Origin: a virus
Taxonomy: Duplodnaviria; Heunggongvirae; Uroviricota; Caudoviricetes
Strand: one strand, 5' to 3'
Virus record (IMG/VR): IMGVR_UViG_3300025765_000001
DNA length: 64,000 bases
Part shown: positions 8,543 through 19,110 of the stretch, in pieces
Layout: the number at the start of each line of letters is the position of its first letter
How positions within the stretch are numbered: position 1 is the stretch's first letter
Notes under the pieces: model-generated
What the model saw: only the letters and a program-made list of their open reading frames with translations
Told to the model about the DNA's origin: nothing
Database searches by the model: none
Position numbers and translations under genes: made by a program

Positions 8543-9523
8543 CTATAGCGGATTCCGGTCGAACTGCTTACTCCACACTTGTAGAGCCTTGCCTAGTGCC
8601 TGGGTGTATTGATCTGTTTTCCCTTGCAAATATGTTCCAAGCTGTATCATGCAACCTGTTGTGTTGGTTTCCGTAAGGTCGCAAAGGTCTATTGTTCTCC
8701 AGAACTTCTCGTTGACCTGAATCCCAGGTGCCTCTTTGACTAAGTTCACAAACGGATCGCTAGCACGTTGGTGTTCAATGGGCGGGTCGCCGACCGAGAC
8801 ATACCAGCCGAGATGGTCGATGATCTTTTTGAAGATGATTCCAAACCAGATGTCGTCGAACCTCCTGTAAGGAGAGTTCTCGCTCATCAGGGGAAAGTAG
8901 GTCAGCGGGGTTGCCTGCCGCTTGAAGCAGAAGTTCATTCCGCACAGCGGGAAATACTGTCCCTTTGGGATGATCCTGTTACCGCTAGGCGGGTCAAAAT
9001 TCTCATTTATCTTGCTTCCTATAGTTTGGATTGCGTCGTAGTCAGCTACCTTGCTCCACAACCCCATGTTTGCCACTACATTTTCGAGTTTACCTAGATT
9101 TTCGTATGGTAGGCCTCTAGTTCTCATTCCAGGCACCGACTCCACCCAGCGTTTGTGACTCTCCATTTTCTCTATGTGTGTCCTGAATATGGGAACCCGC
9201 CACTCTGGGTCTGGGTAGCAGTCGTCGTCAAGGGTCAGGACATGCGTGGCCTCCATCCAGTAAGCAATCAGGAAGCCAAACGATCTAATAGCACTGTCAC
9301 GTTTTGAGATGATCCAAGCGGCATCCCCAAGGTACTTGTCTATATCTTCCCAGCAGAAATGATGAAGATTCTTGTCTTTCCCAATGATGTTAAACGTCTT
9401 CTTGGGATTGTCTTCGACAATGACAACTTTGTTCCAGTCTCCCAGGCTGTGCCATGAATCTAGGAACCTATTTAGATGTGCCTCTCGGATGGTGGGCACG
9501 ACGAGGATTTTGTTCTCCATCAA
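8543..9523 (-). CDS. Reversibly glycosylated polypeptide / UDP-arabinopyranose mutase-like protein
   Basis: VPTIR, DSAIRSFG, TLDDDCYP, DYDA, PLCGMNFCF, FDDIW.G motifs. Confidence 0.75.
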   Translation of the reverse strand: MMENKILVVPTIREAHLNRFLDSWHSLGDWNKVVIVEDNPKKTFNIIGKDKNLHHFCWEDIDKYLGDAAWIISKRDSAIRSFGFLIAYWMEATHVLTLDDDCYPDPEWRVPIFRTHIEKMESHKRWVESVPGMRTRGLPYENLGKLENVVANMGLWSKVADYDAIQTIGSKINENFDPPSGNRIIPKGQYFPLCGMNFCFKRQATPLTYFPLMSENSPYRRFDDIWFGIIFKKIIDHLGWYVSVGDPPIEHQRASDPFVNLVKEAPGIQVNEKFWRTIDLCDLTETNTTGCMIQLGTYLQGKTDQYTQALGKALQVWSKQFDRNPL

Positions 9524-9864
9524 ATGTCTTTCCCGATAAAAACCGTTTTTCTGTATACCACAAATCCGTTCTTGAATACAAATGTATCTTTGAACGTAGT
9601 TTGCAGTGGTTGGCCGTCTTTGGCCTCTCCGGTAAACTGACCGAGAATGTTTACAGTGTCGTTGGTGGCAGTGACCATTTCTATCTTGTGTTTTCCTTGG
9701 CCTATGTTTCTTTCATGCCTGTAGAAAGCCTCTAGGGTGCCGTGAATGGTCTTTTTGCCCCGAATGTAGGTTGCGTCTGGGGCGAAGATCGCTAGGGCTT
9801 CATCGATGTTGCCGGAATCGATACTATGATAGTATTGTTCTATCCGACTGATTAACTGGAACAT
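9520..9864 (-). CDS. SnoaL/NTF2-like protein
   Basis: YY.SIDSGNIDEALAIFAPDATY pattern. Confidence 0.7.
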   Translation of the reverse strand: MFQLISRIEQYYHSIDSGNIDEALAIFAPDATYIRGKKTIHGTLEAFYRHERNIGQGKHKIEMVTATNDTVNILGQFTGEAKDGQPLQTTFKDTFVFKNGFVVYRKTVFIGKDI

Positions 9865-9873
9865 GCTATCCTT

Positions 9874-10701
9874 ATGTTGAAGGTACGCAATAAATTACTA
9901 GTTGGGTCTGTGTTCGTTTCGGGTGAACGAACCCGAACGTGGTACAACCTCCAAATCGAGTTTCTCAAGAAGACTACCAAGAGCTTCAAGCATCTTGTCT
10001 TCTTAAATGGAGAAACAGACCAGTCAATTTTCACCGAATCCGAGATTGTTGATAGTCAAGACCACGACGCCGTGAAGATACTCAACGGCAATGCACAGAG
10101 TAGTAATCATCTGGTAGGTCTGAAGTGCTTGTTCGATAATTTCATGAAGATGGGGGCCGACCACTACCTGTTTCTAGATTGCGACTGCTTCCCGATCAAG
10201 AAGGACTGGATGCCGTGGTTACTGAAGAGGATGCACAATAAACACAAGGGCGTGGCGGCACCGGTAAGGACCGAAAATCTAGATGTGTTCCCTCATCCCT
10301 CGGCACTGTTCGTTCGAGGACACTGCCTCAATGCTGACTGGTTTAACATGGAGATAGGGTCGTTGAACAATCTCATGGACACGCCGACTTCGGACGTTGG
10401 TGCCAAGATTCCCATGAAGCTCTGCTACCCGCTGTTGCGGACCAATTACTTCAACCCGCATCCGATTTTTGCCGCTGTGTATGGGCACGCCTTCTACCAC
10501 CACACTTGCGGCACGAGGCCAAGGGGTATGGTGACTAGAGCCATGAGCGAAGGCATATTTGAACACTTTGTATCTAATCATTGGGCTATTGAAGAGATGC
10601 TTTTCAATGAACTAGCTTCTAACCCAGACAGGTTTGTTTCTAGATTGATGGGGGATTATGATAACTTCACGCAAGTTAAGAATGATCTACTTATGTCCTA
10701 A
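9874..10701 (+). CDS. Putative glycosyltransferase-like protein
   Basis: FLDCDCFP DxD-like motif; cluster context. Confidence 0.55.
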   Translation: MLKVRNKLLVGSVFVSGERTRTWYNLQIEFLKKTTKSFKHLVFLNGETDQSIFTESEIVDSQDHDAVKILNGNAQSSNHLVGLKCLFDNFMKMGADHYLFLDCDCFPIKKDWMPWLLKRMHNKHKGVAAPVRTENLDVFPHPSALFVRGHCLNADWFNMEIGSLNNLMDTPTSDVGAKIPMKLCYPLLRTNYFNPHPIFAAVYGHAFYHHTCGTRPRGMVTRAMSEGIFEHFVSNHWAIEEMLFNELASNPDRFVSRLMGDYDNFTQVKNDLLMS

Positions 10702-11638
10702 GCACTATTATTTGAACAAAATGTCTAGGGTCAGATTTCACCAGATCGAGGCCATAGCCAAGTTGGTGGACATGAAATGGAGTGGCCCAGGTTGGGACGG
10801 ATATGATAACAACAAGACTGTTCAGGAAAACCTGGATAACATGTACAACGAGATGCCAGACCTAATCATCTACTTCGATCACTTGGCTCTGAAGGACTTG
10901 GCTAAGGCCAGAGTTCCCAGATGTATAATGATGAATGAGATGCACGACCCTGGCGGCGACCGAGAATCTGCCCTCAACATTTTCCGCAACTCAGACCCAC
11001 AAATCATAATCTGTCACCATAAGAATGAGATGGAGGACAGCTACTTTGACGAATTCAGGAACAGGATGCACAACATCTCCCATTGTGCGAATCATTTTAT
11101 ATTCAAGGACTACGGCTTCCCCAAGACAGTAGATGTGCTGTTGTGCGGTTCGTTGGACCTGGAGAAATATGCACTCAGGCGTAGATTCATCGGTATCATA
11201 GACAAACTCAAGAATAAGGGTCACAAGGCAGCGATACACCGACATCCTGGCGGGAGGATGGGCGATGCACACACCAACCGGTATCTGGTAGATTTCGCCA
11301 AAAGTATCAATTCGGCAAAGATATGCCTTACTTGCAGCAGCACGCTCAAGTGTGCTTTTGGCAAGTATATAGAAATACCGATGTGTCGTTCGCTACTGGC
11401 TGGTGATCTGCCCGGTGAGAGACATGACTTTTTTAGGTCTTTCATGCTAGTCATAGATACAATTGATTCAGATGTTGTGATAATCGACAAGATAGAATCA
11501 CATTTGGTTGATGCGGCTCTTCTCCAGTCAAAGACAGATAGGGGGTACGAGTTAAGTCTGAACTATACTATGGAACATTACGCAGAGCGGTTCCTATCGG
11601 TATTCAAAAGGTATTTGGCTAGGAAGTTGTTGGTATGA
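10658..11638 (+). CDS. Glycosyltransferase (CgeB-like GT-B C-terminus)
   Basis: INSAKICLT...KYIEIPMCRSLLAGD; cluster context. Confidence 0.7.
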   Translation: MITSRKLRMIYLCPKHYYLNKMSRVRFHQIEAIAKLVDMKWSGPGWDGYDNNKTVQENLDNMYNEMPDLIIYFDHLALKDLAKARVPRCIMMNEMHDPGGDRESALNIFRNSDPQIIICHHKNEMEDSYFDEFRNRMHNISHCANHFIFKDYGFPKTVDVLLCGSLDLEKYALRRRFIGIIDKLKNKGHKAAIHRHPGGRMGDAHTNRYLVDFAKSINSAKICLTCSSTLKCAFGKYIEIPMCRSLLAGDLPGERHDFFRSFMLVIDTIDSDVVIIDKIESHLVDAALLQSKTDRGYELSLNYTMEHYAERFLSVFKRYLARKLLV

Positions 11639-12270
11639 AAATCGTAGTGTACACATGCTTGACTGGAGACATAGACACTCTTGAAGACCCCAGGGTGGTC
11701 ACTAGCAAGTGTGAGTATATCTGTTTCTCAGACCGACCAAGGAATACCAAAGTGTGGAGGGTTGTGCCGCTGATCGAATCCTTCGATGACTCAAGGTTGA
11801 CGGCTAGGTATCACAAAACCATAGGGGCCTCACAACTAGATTGCGATCTATCAATGTGGCAAGATGCCAAGGTGGTATTTGACAAGCCTTTTGATTTATT
11901 TACTACGGGTATAGGTTTGATGAAACATCCTGTGCGTAATTGTCTGTACTCAGAAGGGGAGGCGGTAATTAGGCTCGGCAAAGCCTACTCTGGAGTAGTT
12001 AAGAAGCTGACGACGAAATACAAGAATGAGGGGTACCCGGAGCAGAATGGTCTCTACGAAACCTCGGTCCTGATTCGGCCTCGAAATGATGAGTTCAACC
12101 GTTTGTGGTGGGAGGAAATCAAGGTCTGTGTTAGGGACCAGATTAGTCTGCCATATGTGTTATGGAAGCTGGGACTCAAGTTTGATATACTAGATGTCAA
12201 CCCTTTCTTTAACGACTACTTTCACATCAAACATCACAACACAGGCAAGAGATTGATAGCCTTTATATGA
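11635..12270 (+). CDS. DUF616/TOD1-like glycosyltransferase
   Basis: VVYTCLTG.D, HP.RNCLY.E, RDQISLPYVLWK. Confidence 0.75.
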   Translation: MKIVVYTCLTGDIDTLEDPRVVTSKCEYICFSDRPRNTKVWRVVPLIESFDDSRLTARYHKTIGASQLDCDLSMWQDAKVVFDKPFDLFTTGIGLMKHPVRNCLYSEGEAVIRLGKAYSGVVKKLTTKYKNEGYPEQNGLYETSVLIRPRNDEFNRLWWEEIKVCVRDQISLPYVLWKLGLKFDILDVNPFFNDYFHIKHHNTGKRLIAFI

Positions 12271-12815
12271 AGATATTCGGGTTAGGATTAAGCAAAACCG
12301 GTACTAGGTCTCTAGCAAAAGCCCTGATGATTTTGGGCTACAGGACCATCCACTACCCCTGGTCTATGCAAGACATTGATCGATATGAAGCATCTTTAGA
12401 CATACCCGTTGCCTGTCGCTACAAGGAGTTAGACAGTAAATATCCTGGGTCCAAGTTCATTCTGACCACCAGACCGTTTGATGAGTGGATTGAGCGGCGG
12501 CGGCAGAAACCGCCCGATCCTCATACACCTCCGCCGTGGAAGCTGGAAACCAGGATACTCATGTATGGAGACACCCAATTTAACGAGGAACTATACGCTG
12601 CCGCCTACCATCGACACCACAAAGATGTCGCCGAATACTTTGCAAAACGACAGTCCGATTTGCTCGTACTGCCTGTGTCGGCTCCGAATAAGTGGGAATT
12701 GCTATGCGGTTTTTTAGGCAAACCCATCCCAGACGTTGAATACCCTTGGGAGGGCCGTGCTGGTGTTGATCCGCTGTTGGGCAGGTATGCATCTGCCAGG
12801 AGAATGTTTATATGA
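12267..12815 (+). CDS. Sulfotransferase family protein
   Basis: KIFGLGLSKTGT.SL 5'-PSB loop; KFILTTR; W..LC.FLG. Confidence 0.8.
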   Translation: MKIFGLGLSKTGTRSLAKALMILGYRTIHYPWSMQDIDRYEASLDIPVACRYKELDSKYPGSKFILTTRPFDEWIERRRQKPPDPHTPPPWKLETRILMYGDTQFNEELYAAAYHRHHKDVAEYFAKRQSDLLVLPVSAPNKWELLCGFLGKPIPDVEYPWEGRAGVDPLLGRYASARRMFI

Positions 12816-13423
12816 AGGTTCTGTTTCTAGGATGCCACTGCGATGATATAGAGCTTGGTTGTGGCGGAACGATTAACAAATATGTTGGACTTGGTGTGGA
12901 TGTGATGTGTTGCACGTTCTCCAAGGTGAGTGTGTTTCAGGGAAAGCACGTCGATCTGTCGGAGAATTCCAGTGCGGCCCTGAAGAGGCTTGGGGTTGAT
13001 AACATGAGGTTCCTAGACTTTCAGACGAATAGATTTCATGAGATGCGGCAAGACATCTGGCTAAGCGTCAACTCACTTGAGAAATACTACAACCCAGACA
13101 TAGTGTTTACTAATGAATGGGATAATCAACAGGATCACGAGACCTTATTTAAGGAGGTCACTAGGAACTTCCGAAGAGCTACCATTATTTCCTACAAGGC
13201 TTCTGTTAGGAACGCTCCCCAACATGCCTACAATCTCTACGAAGAACTTTCCCAAGTCAACGTCGAAGCCAAAAAGGATGCTCTTCGTTGCTATTATCCA
13301 CTCTATCAAGACTTGATCTATTTCAAGATGGAAAACATCGAGGCCATAACTCGGAATGCTGGCATATATGTCGAAGCAGAGTTTGCCGAGCCTTTCTGTG
13401 TAGTTAAAATGCTATGCAAATAG
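12812..13423 (+). CDS. PIG-L family deacetylase
   Basis: H.DDIELGCGG; QDH motif. Confidence 0.8.
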   Translation: MKVLFLGCHCDDIELGCGGTINKYVGLGVDVMCCTFSKVSVFQGKHVDLSENSSAALKRLGVDNMRFLDFQTNRFHEMRQDIWLSVNSLEKYYNPDIVFTNEWDNQQDHETLFKEVTRNFRRATIISYKASVRNAPQHAYNLYEELSQVNVEAKKDALRCYYPLYQDLIYFKMENIEAITRNAGIYVEAEFAEPFCVVKMLCK

Positions 13424-13989
13424 AGAAGAGGGAAGACTTCCCGAAGCTGCTAGATGACCTGGAACTCAACGGTAATGCCGCCGAGATCGGCGTAGCTCGT
13501 GGAGATTTCTCTGCGAAGATTCTACAATCTTCGATCAAGAAACTCTACTCGATAGATTGTTGGGACGTAGAAACTCCGTCTAGTTGGAAGGAACAGGCGA
13601 GGAGCAAGTGGACACAGGCAAAGATGGATGAGCTATATCGGGAGGCACAAGATAAGCTGCGGTCTTTCGGAGAACGTTCCCAGATCATGAATAAGTTCTC
13701 AGCAGATGCCGTAAAGATGTTCGAGGATGACTTTTTCGACTTCGTATATCTGGATGCATCCCACGAGTATGCCGATGTCAAAGAAGATATAGCCTTGTGG
13801 TGGCCCAAAATTAGGCGTGGAGGTATTTTGGCAGGGCATGATTACTTCGCCAGAGACGGGGAATCAGATCGGTGGGGCGTAATAGAGGCTGTCAACGAGC
13901 ATGTTGAGAGATACAAACTCAAATTATATCTCACAGAAGACAGGTTCAGAAGTTGGTACGTGTTCAAACGCAAAATAGCTATGATATAG
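13414..13989 (+). CDS. Class I SAM methyltransferase (Methyltransf_24-like)
   Basis: AEIGVARG, FDFVYLDA.H, GGILAGHDY. Confidence 0.8.
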   Translation: MQIEKREDFPKLLDDLELNGNAAEIGVARGDFSAKILQSSIKKLYSIDCWDVETPSSWKEQARSKWTQAKMDELYREAQDKLRSFGERSQIMNKFSADAVKMFEDDFFDFVYLDASHEYADVKEDIALWWPKIRRGGILAGHDYFARDGESDRWGVIEAVNEHVERYKLKLYLTEDRFRSWYVFKRKIAMI

Positions 13990-15205
13990 CAGACAGACAG
14001 AGTAGATGTATCAAGAACATCTCAGTTGCTCTGTGTATGTCTTTGAACAACTTAGCTTTAATTGTACGTAAGTCATCTAGCTCTATTTGTTGGAACTGGT
14101 TCTCATGATTGGTCCCGAACTCATATAAGAAACACCATTCCTTGGTTGGTATCTTTTGGTTCTGTACTATAAAGACATGATCTCTACCCCCTGTGCTGGG
14201 CGGGGCACATGCTATTTCGTTACCATACTTCTTGACGGTTTCTAATGGTATGATGGCTTGTGCCCGGTAGTACCCTCTGGTGTACTCGATGCAGTTGGAA
14301 AATGGTAGTTTGCCACTGTGTACCGAGAAATACTTCTCGTACTCAGGTTTCATATGAGCTTTGTAACCCTCGTCCATTGGCTTCCAGTGGAATTTCGGGT
14401 AGTAGGAGACCCCTAGATTGTCTTCGACTTCCAGGGGTATATCTTTTTTGTCTACACTTTTCCAGATAGGGTGGGCCAACACTTCTAAGGCATGTGAGAA
14501 CCATATGTCGTTCCTACCAACGAATAGTTTCTCTATTACCGGTCGGATGTGCGTATAAAAGTGTTTGATTAAGTCCCAGCCGCCGTATGTTTGGACATAA
14601 CCCTCCAGCTTCTCTTTGTCTACCCATGATTCGTGATCTGCATATCGCATTAGCTCAAGTCGATCTCCTCCGACCAACAGTGAATCTGATGGCGGGTTGG
14701 AGTGACTGTATACTTCAGGCAATAGTTCGCCAGATATGGTGAGCAGGTTTTTGTCGTGTTCATCATCTGAAACAAATCTTATTATATCATGTATTAGGCA
14801 TGATACTATCAGATTGTCTGTGTGGGTGAAACGTGGTAGACCACGATCTATATGGCGTTCATACCATTTGAGGTCATCCCACAGTTTGTTTTTGTCGGGG
14901 GCGAGACAATAGGCCATGTAGAGAGTGCAAAAACCATGTAGAAAACCGTGTTCGGCTTCATGTGTCCAGGCATCCACTGCCCACTTTTTTACCTTGATGC
15001 GGTTCAGTAGCTCGACCACACCGCCGTGAATATGATTGGTGCCGCCGACCGGGTTCTTGTTATAATTCAATATCCAAGAGAACTTGTAACATGCGAACTC
15101 GAAGAACTCTATGAACTGCTCCAACTTCTTCTCGTTCTCTCGCTGAAGAGCAATGAACTTCGTTATCCGCTCGCCTTGGTTGTATTTTTTCTTGATTTGA
15201 AGCAT
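13979..15205 (-). CDS. Hypothetical protein (possible HD-like motifs)
   Basis: 408-aa ORF; EHG, IHD, DRL residues. Confidence 0.65.
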   Translation of the reverse strand: MLQIKKKYNQGERITKFIALQRENEKKLEQFIEFFEFACYKFSWILNYNKNPVGGTNHIHGGVVELLNRIKVKKWAVDAWTHEAEHGFLHGFCTLYMAYCLAPDKNKLWDDLKWYERHIDRGLPRFTHTDNLIVSCLIHDIIRFVSDDEHDKNLLTISGELLPEVYSHSNPPSDSLLVGGDRLELMRYADHESWVDKEKLEGYVQTYGGWDLIKHFYTHIRPVIEKLFVGRNDIWFSHALEVLAHPIWKSVDKKDIPLEVEDNLGVSYYPKFHWKPMDEGYKAHMKPEYEKYFSVHSGKLPFSNCIEYTRGYYRAQAIIPLETVKKYGNEIACAPPSTGGRDHVFIVQNQKIPTKEWCFLYEFGTNHENQFQQIELDDLRTIKAKLFKDIHRATEMFLIHLLCLSAIS

Positions 15206-15984
15206 TAGGCGTATATCTTTCTGGAGTATTTCTGTTCTAACATGGCAACAAATCGCCGAACTGATTCATCCCGCAGAGCCATCCGATATCTCAGATCACT
15301 TTCAGTAGTAGAGTCATTAAAAGAGATGTGCAATAGACAGCCTACGTTCTTGCACATATTTTCGTTCTGAAGCTGTGTTACACCAGTTTTGCTGGTGTAG
15401 CCTAATCTCTTCATGAATTTTAGTCGCTCACTTTTGCCGAAGGGGATAGTCTCGTCATGCCTCAGTTCGGCATCGTAGCGGAAGACTATGCTTGGTTCCC
15501 ACATTCTTTCCGCCAGGGGGTCGGCTGGTATAGATTCTATGATCCGCACACCTGGAACTCCGTAATACTTATGCGATTCACCGTCGCTTTGCATATCTGC
15601 AATGGTCTTATCCCATAGTTGTTGTGTGAAGAAGCAATCCCCGTCAAATAGAAAAGTGAACTTGTGTTGTTCTCTAGATATATCTAATCCCATATTTCTA
15701 GCCTTGTTGACGTTGATGGCCTCGACTACTTTTTCCTCGAAGGTCTTGCATTTCAAGAACTTAGACTTGTCGAGTGTCAGAATTTCGACCCGATAGGGCT
15801 TCAGTAGCTCTAGTATCCTGTTTCTAGTCTGCTGGTCCTCGATTTGATTAACCATCCAGATTTTACTACAATCTGGGAAAGCTGGTTCATTGTCTAGAAT
15901 GAACTGTAAGCTCCTGACTCGATTACCTATGGTATCCCTGGGAGGCAGTTCATTGCCTATAATCCTTGTTATCGCATATTTCAT
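15205..15984 (-). CDS. Hypothetical glycan-cluster protein
   Basis: 259-aa ORF with FDGDCFF DxD-like motif. Confidence 0.6.
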   Translation of the reverse strand: MKYAITRIIGNELPPRDTIGNRVRSLQFILDNEPAFPDCSKIWMVNQIEDQQTRNRILELLKPYRVEILTLDKSKFLKCKTFEEKVVEAINVNKARNMGLDISREQHKFTFLFDGDCFFTQQLWDKTIADMQSDGESHKYYGVPGVRIIESIPADPLAERMWEPSIVFRYDAELRHDETIPFGKSERLKFMKRLGYTSKTGVTQLQNENMCKNVGCLLHISFNDSTTESDLRYRMALRDESVRRFVAMLEQKYSRKIYA

Positions 15985-16007
15985 GACATCGGTAAGGAAG
16001 TAGTTCT

Positions 16008-16670
16008 ATGCTAGAAGTAAGCCGCCGTCTGGCCGAGTACCTGCCCGATTTCCCGCAGGTTGAAACTCCCTGGGAACTGAAGGATGCTTTTGACAACTGG
16101 AAGGGTGAAATTAAACTCCCCAGAAGGCAGGTGGACGGACTGGAGACAGCGGAGGTATACGCCGATGAAAGCGTGGTTATTCAGCCATATGCGTTGTTTG
16201 CTGGCAAAGTTATTTTGTGCAAAGGGGCTAGAATCGGACCATACAGTTTTATCCGTGGCCCGGTGTTTCTTGGCCCCGGAGCGATGGTTGGTCCACACTG
16301 CGAGGTCATCAGGACGATAGTAATGGACCGAACTGTGTTAGCACACAAAAACTCGATTGCGGACACGATTTTCGGCACCGATATCAACTTCTCAGGTTTG
16401 TCAACGTGCTGTAATTTCCCCATTGGCAGGGACTACGTTCGGATACGTTACAAAGGCCAAACGCATAGATACAATGGCCGGTTTGGTGCCGTCATAGGCA
16501 ATGGAAGTCAGCTAGGTGCCCTCACTATAACCATGCCCGGATGTGAGATACCCGAAAACACCTGCATCGTCGGCCAATGTGTTGTGTACGGCCAGTGCAG
16601 GGTCAAACCGTTTTTAGGAGTTAATCTAGACAATGTTATCGGTGAAAAAGGCTTCAGGAGAGACAAGTAA
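16008..16670 (+). CDS. Left-handed beta-helix acyltransferase (GlmU-like)
   Basis: Hexapeptide repeats IGPYSFIRG...GAVIG. Confidence 0.75.
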   Translation: MLEVSRRLAEYLPDFPQVETPWELKDAFDNWKGEIKLPRRQVDGLETAEVYADESVVIQPYALFAGKVILCKGARIGPYSFIRGPVFLGPGAMVGPHCEVIRTIVMDRTVLAHKNSIADTIFGTDINFSGLSTCCNFPIGRDYVRIRYKGQTHRYNGRFGAVIGNGSQLGALTITMPGCEIPENTCIVGQCVVYGQCRVKPFLGVNLDNVIGEKGFRRDK

Positions 16671-17523
16671 CCACGTATTCTCTACGGCATCAACTCCGTT
16701 CACGGAAGAACATTTCTATACGTTGGATACAGTAGGCGTCTACAAATTCAGTTCCTTCTTATCAAGGGAGGAAGTGGCTTTTGCCAATGATGTCATTAGT
16801 GCCCATTTGAAGGATGCCAACCCGTCGCCTTACAAGTTTCCCTTCTTTGAGCTAGACCACTTTTTTGTGCAGCTAATGGCACATCCCTGGATTATGGCTG
16901 CTTGCAAAAGAACCGTGGGAGAGCAATATAGATTAGATCACTGCGTTGGCATTCAGCAGCCCGGTATGATACAAAGTGTCAGAAACGGTAATTGGGTCGA
17001 GCAAGGGTACAGTCTGGGCAACATTCACGGCGGCAAACATCAGAGTCAGGGATCGGTGTTCTTCTACAATTTCGGAGACAAGGTGTGGTCGGGGCATATC
17101 ACTGTGGGCATTTTCCTCACCGAGCAGAAAAGCGAGCAGGGCGGATTTTGCTACATTCCTGGGAGTCATAAGCAGGGAAACAACGGCAACGGGTCGGATA
17201 TTTTCAAGACTGTGCTGGGCAGCAACTACAACGCCCAATGCATGGCGTGTCCCGATGTGGGTGCTGGTGATCTGGTTATTTTTCCAGAGAACCTCATGCA
17301 CGGCTGCAAACCAATGAAGCCTGGGACGCCGCTAAGAAGGACGATCTACTACAAGTTCGTTCCGGGGTTCTTGGCCTGGAGACCTTACGACGAGATCAAG
17401 CACTACGCCAATTACGCTAGGACTGATTTAGAGAGGGCCTTACTGCGGCCTCCGTATGTGGCTAGTTTCCACGATCAGGGACAGATCATGAGTGATAATT
17501 TCTACAAAGAAGCAACCAAATGA
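16633..17523 (+). CDS. Phytanoyl-CoA dioxygenase-family 2OG-Fe(II) oxygenase
   Basis: YIPGSH, GDLVIFPENLMHG, RR motifs. Confidence 0.75.
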   Translation: MLSVKKASGETSNHVFSTASTPFTEEHFYTLDTVGVYKFSSFLSREEVAFANDVISAHLKDANPSPYKFPFFELDHFFVQLMAHPWIMAACKRTVGEQYRLDHCVGIQQPGMIQSVRNGNWVEQGYSLGNIHGGKHQSQGSVFFYNFGDKVWSGHITVGIFLTEQKSEQGGFCYIPGSHKQGNNGNGSDIFKTVLGSNYNAQCMACPDVGAGDLVIFPENLMHGCKPMKPGTPLRRTIYYKFVPGFLAWRPYDEIKHYANYARTDLERALLRPPYVASFHDQGQIMSDNFYKEATK

Positions 17524-18263
17524 AGAAGCTGAAGTACATACTGACTGGCACCGGTAGATGCGGCACCGTGTACTATGCGAGACTGTTGGACAGTTTGGGC
17601 GTCAGGTGCAGTCACGAAGGGGTTTTTGCTCCTGATAACCTCGACGGCGTTCTGGATCGGCTCAACGGACGGACGGCCATAATTACCAGCAGTAGATCAA
17701 GAGAGTACGACGCATACTGGTCCACTGATGACATAGTGGCCGAGTCTAGCTATATGGCCGCTCCTTTCCTGAATCGCCCAGAATTCAAGGATACCAAGGT
17801 GATTCATTTGTTGCGGCACCCGATCAAGGTCATTAGCTCTTACTTCTACGACCTCCAATACTACAAGTACCCAAGAGGTACGCCACATGCTTACATGGAT
17901 TATGTTTACCAGTTCATTCCAGAACTAGAAGACGACACCTTGGACAACATCCTTCGCATCACCAGATTCTATCTGGAATGGAACAAGATGATCGTCAAGA
18001 ATTGTAAGGACAAGATCGAGAAAGGGGATTATTTGTTGCACAAGGTCGAAGAAGGGTGTGAGCCGGTACTGAAATGGCTGGGTCTAAAACCGACCTCGAA
18101 TATGTTCCAAGATGAGAAAGCCAACACAATGAAGCACCGAATCGATCTGTTTTCGATCAGCCACTTTCAGCCCCATCCCTTGAGAGACGAGCTTGTAGCT
18201 TTTGCCGACAAGCATGGGTACGACCTAACTCCCAAGCAGTACGTACCCAAACTCTTTCTCTAA
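17520..18263 (+). CDS. Sulfotransferase-like P-loop protein
   Basis: ITGTGRCGT-type loop; HLLRHP..VISS. Confidence 0.65.
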   Translation: MKKLKYILTGTGRCGTVYYARLLDSLGVRCSHEGVFAPDNLDGVLDRLNGRTAIITSSRSREYDAYWSTDDIVAESSYMAAPFLNRPEFKDTKVIHLLRHPIKVISSYFYDLQYYKYPRGTPHAYMDYVYQFIPELEDDTLDNILRITRFYLEWNKMIVKNCKDKIEKGDYLLHKVEEGCEPVLKWLGLKPTSNMFQDEKANTMKHRIDLFSISHFQPHPLRDELVAFADKHGYDLTPKQYVPKLFL

Positions 18264-19081
18264 TATTCTTTTTTCGTGAGTAGAATGTAGTCGTAAAACG
18301 GGTGCGACATCCGCACGAACCTGGGACCGCCCATGACGCCTTCTATTCGTTCTGCAAGTTTTGGCTGGCTGCGGAAGAAACCCTCTATGTTGCCCGGTAT
18401 CTGGTTCTGGTAGCGTGGAAACCAACCAGCACCCTCGAATATCTTCTCGTAGGTATAGGCTGGGTCAAGCAGTTTGAGTACGTGTGGTTTCGTATACCCC
18501 GGTAGTAGGCTCTTGAGTTCTTCGTCTGTAAAAATCAAGTGTATCCAAGCCTTGTTGAGTTGATGGTACAGGTGCCCGCCGTGTCTAGTAATCCAGGGGT
18601 GACACCGAATGAAGGCCCGTCCCTTTTTGTCCATGAGCTTGTGTACCTTGGTCATGACATCCAGGGCCACATCTACCGACTCCATGTGGTCTATAACGTC
18701 GTATATGAGTACGATGTCATAAGGGCCATTTGCCTCGACGTGTTTCCAATCGTTTGTCAGAATCCAGTTATCGATTTGCTTTCCCCACTCAAGTATACCC
18801 TGCTGAACTGGGTCGTAGCCCACGCCGATAATTGGGTTGTCCTGAGCGATCTGCAAAGTAGTGTGTCCTTCGCCGCACCCCAGATCAAGCACCCGGCACC
18901 CTTTGGCAGAACGCTCCATCATCAATTCTATTATGCCTTCGGCCCTCCTGCACTTTTCTAGCTCCGAGTCTGGAGGACAGAGTTGATTTGGTGGGACTGC
19001 GTGCGGCCACTCTGGATTGAGGACTAAACTTTTCAACCGGTCAAGCGAGTTTCGTTGTGTTACTTTCAACATGGATACTAC
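18260..19081 (-). CDS. Class I SAM methyltransferase (paralog of 4760-5827)
   Basis: WPHAV, RAEGIIE, VLDLGCGEGH, RCHPW..RHG.HLY, NKAWI shared; start approximate. Confidence 0.75.
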   Translation of the reverse strand, partial: VVSMLKVTQRNSLDRLKSLVLNPEWPHAVPPNQLCPPDSELEKCRRAEGIIELMMERSAKGCRVLDLGCGEGHTTLQIAQDNPIIGVGYDPVQQGILEWGKQIDNWILTNDWKHVEANGPYDIVLIYDVIDHMESVDVALDVMTKVHKLMDKKGRAFIRCHPWITRHGGHLYHQLNKAWIHLIFTDEELKSLLPGYTKPHVLKLLDPAYTYEKIFEGAGWFPRYQNQIPGNIEGFFRSQPKLAERIEGVMGGPRFVRMSHPFYDYILLTKKEY

Positions 19082-19110
19082 TCTCCTACTATTAAATAGA
19101 GGGCGAGAAA

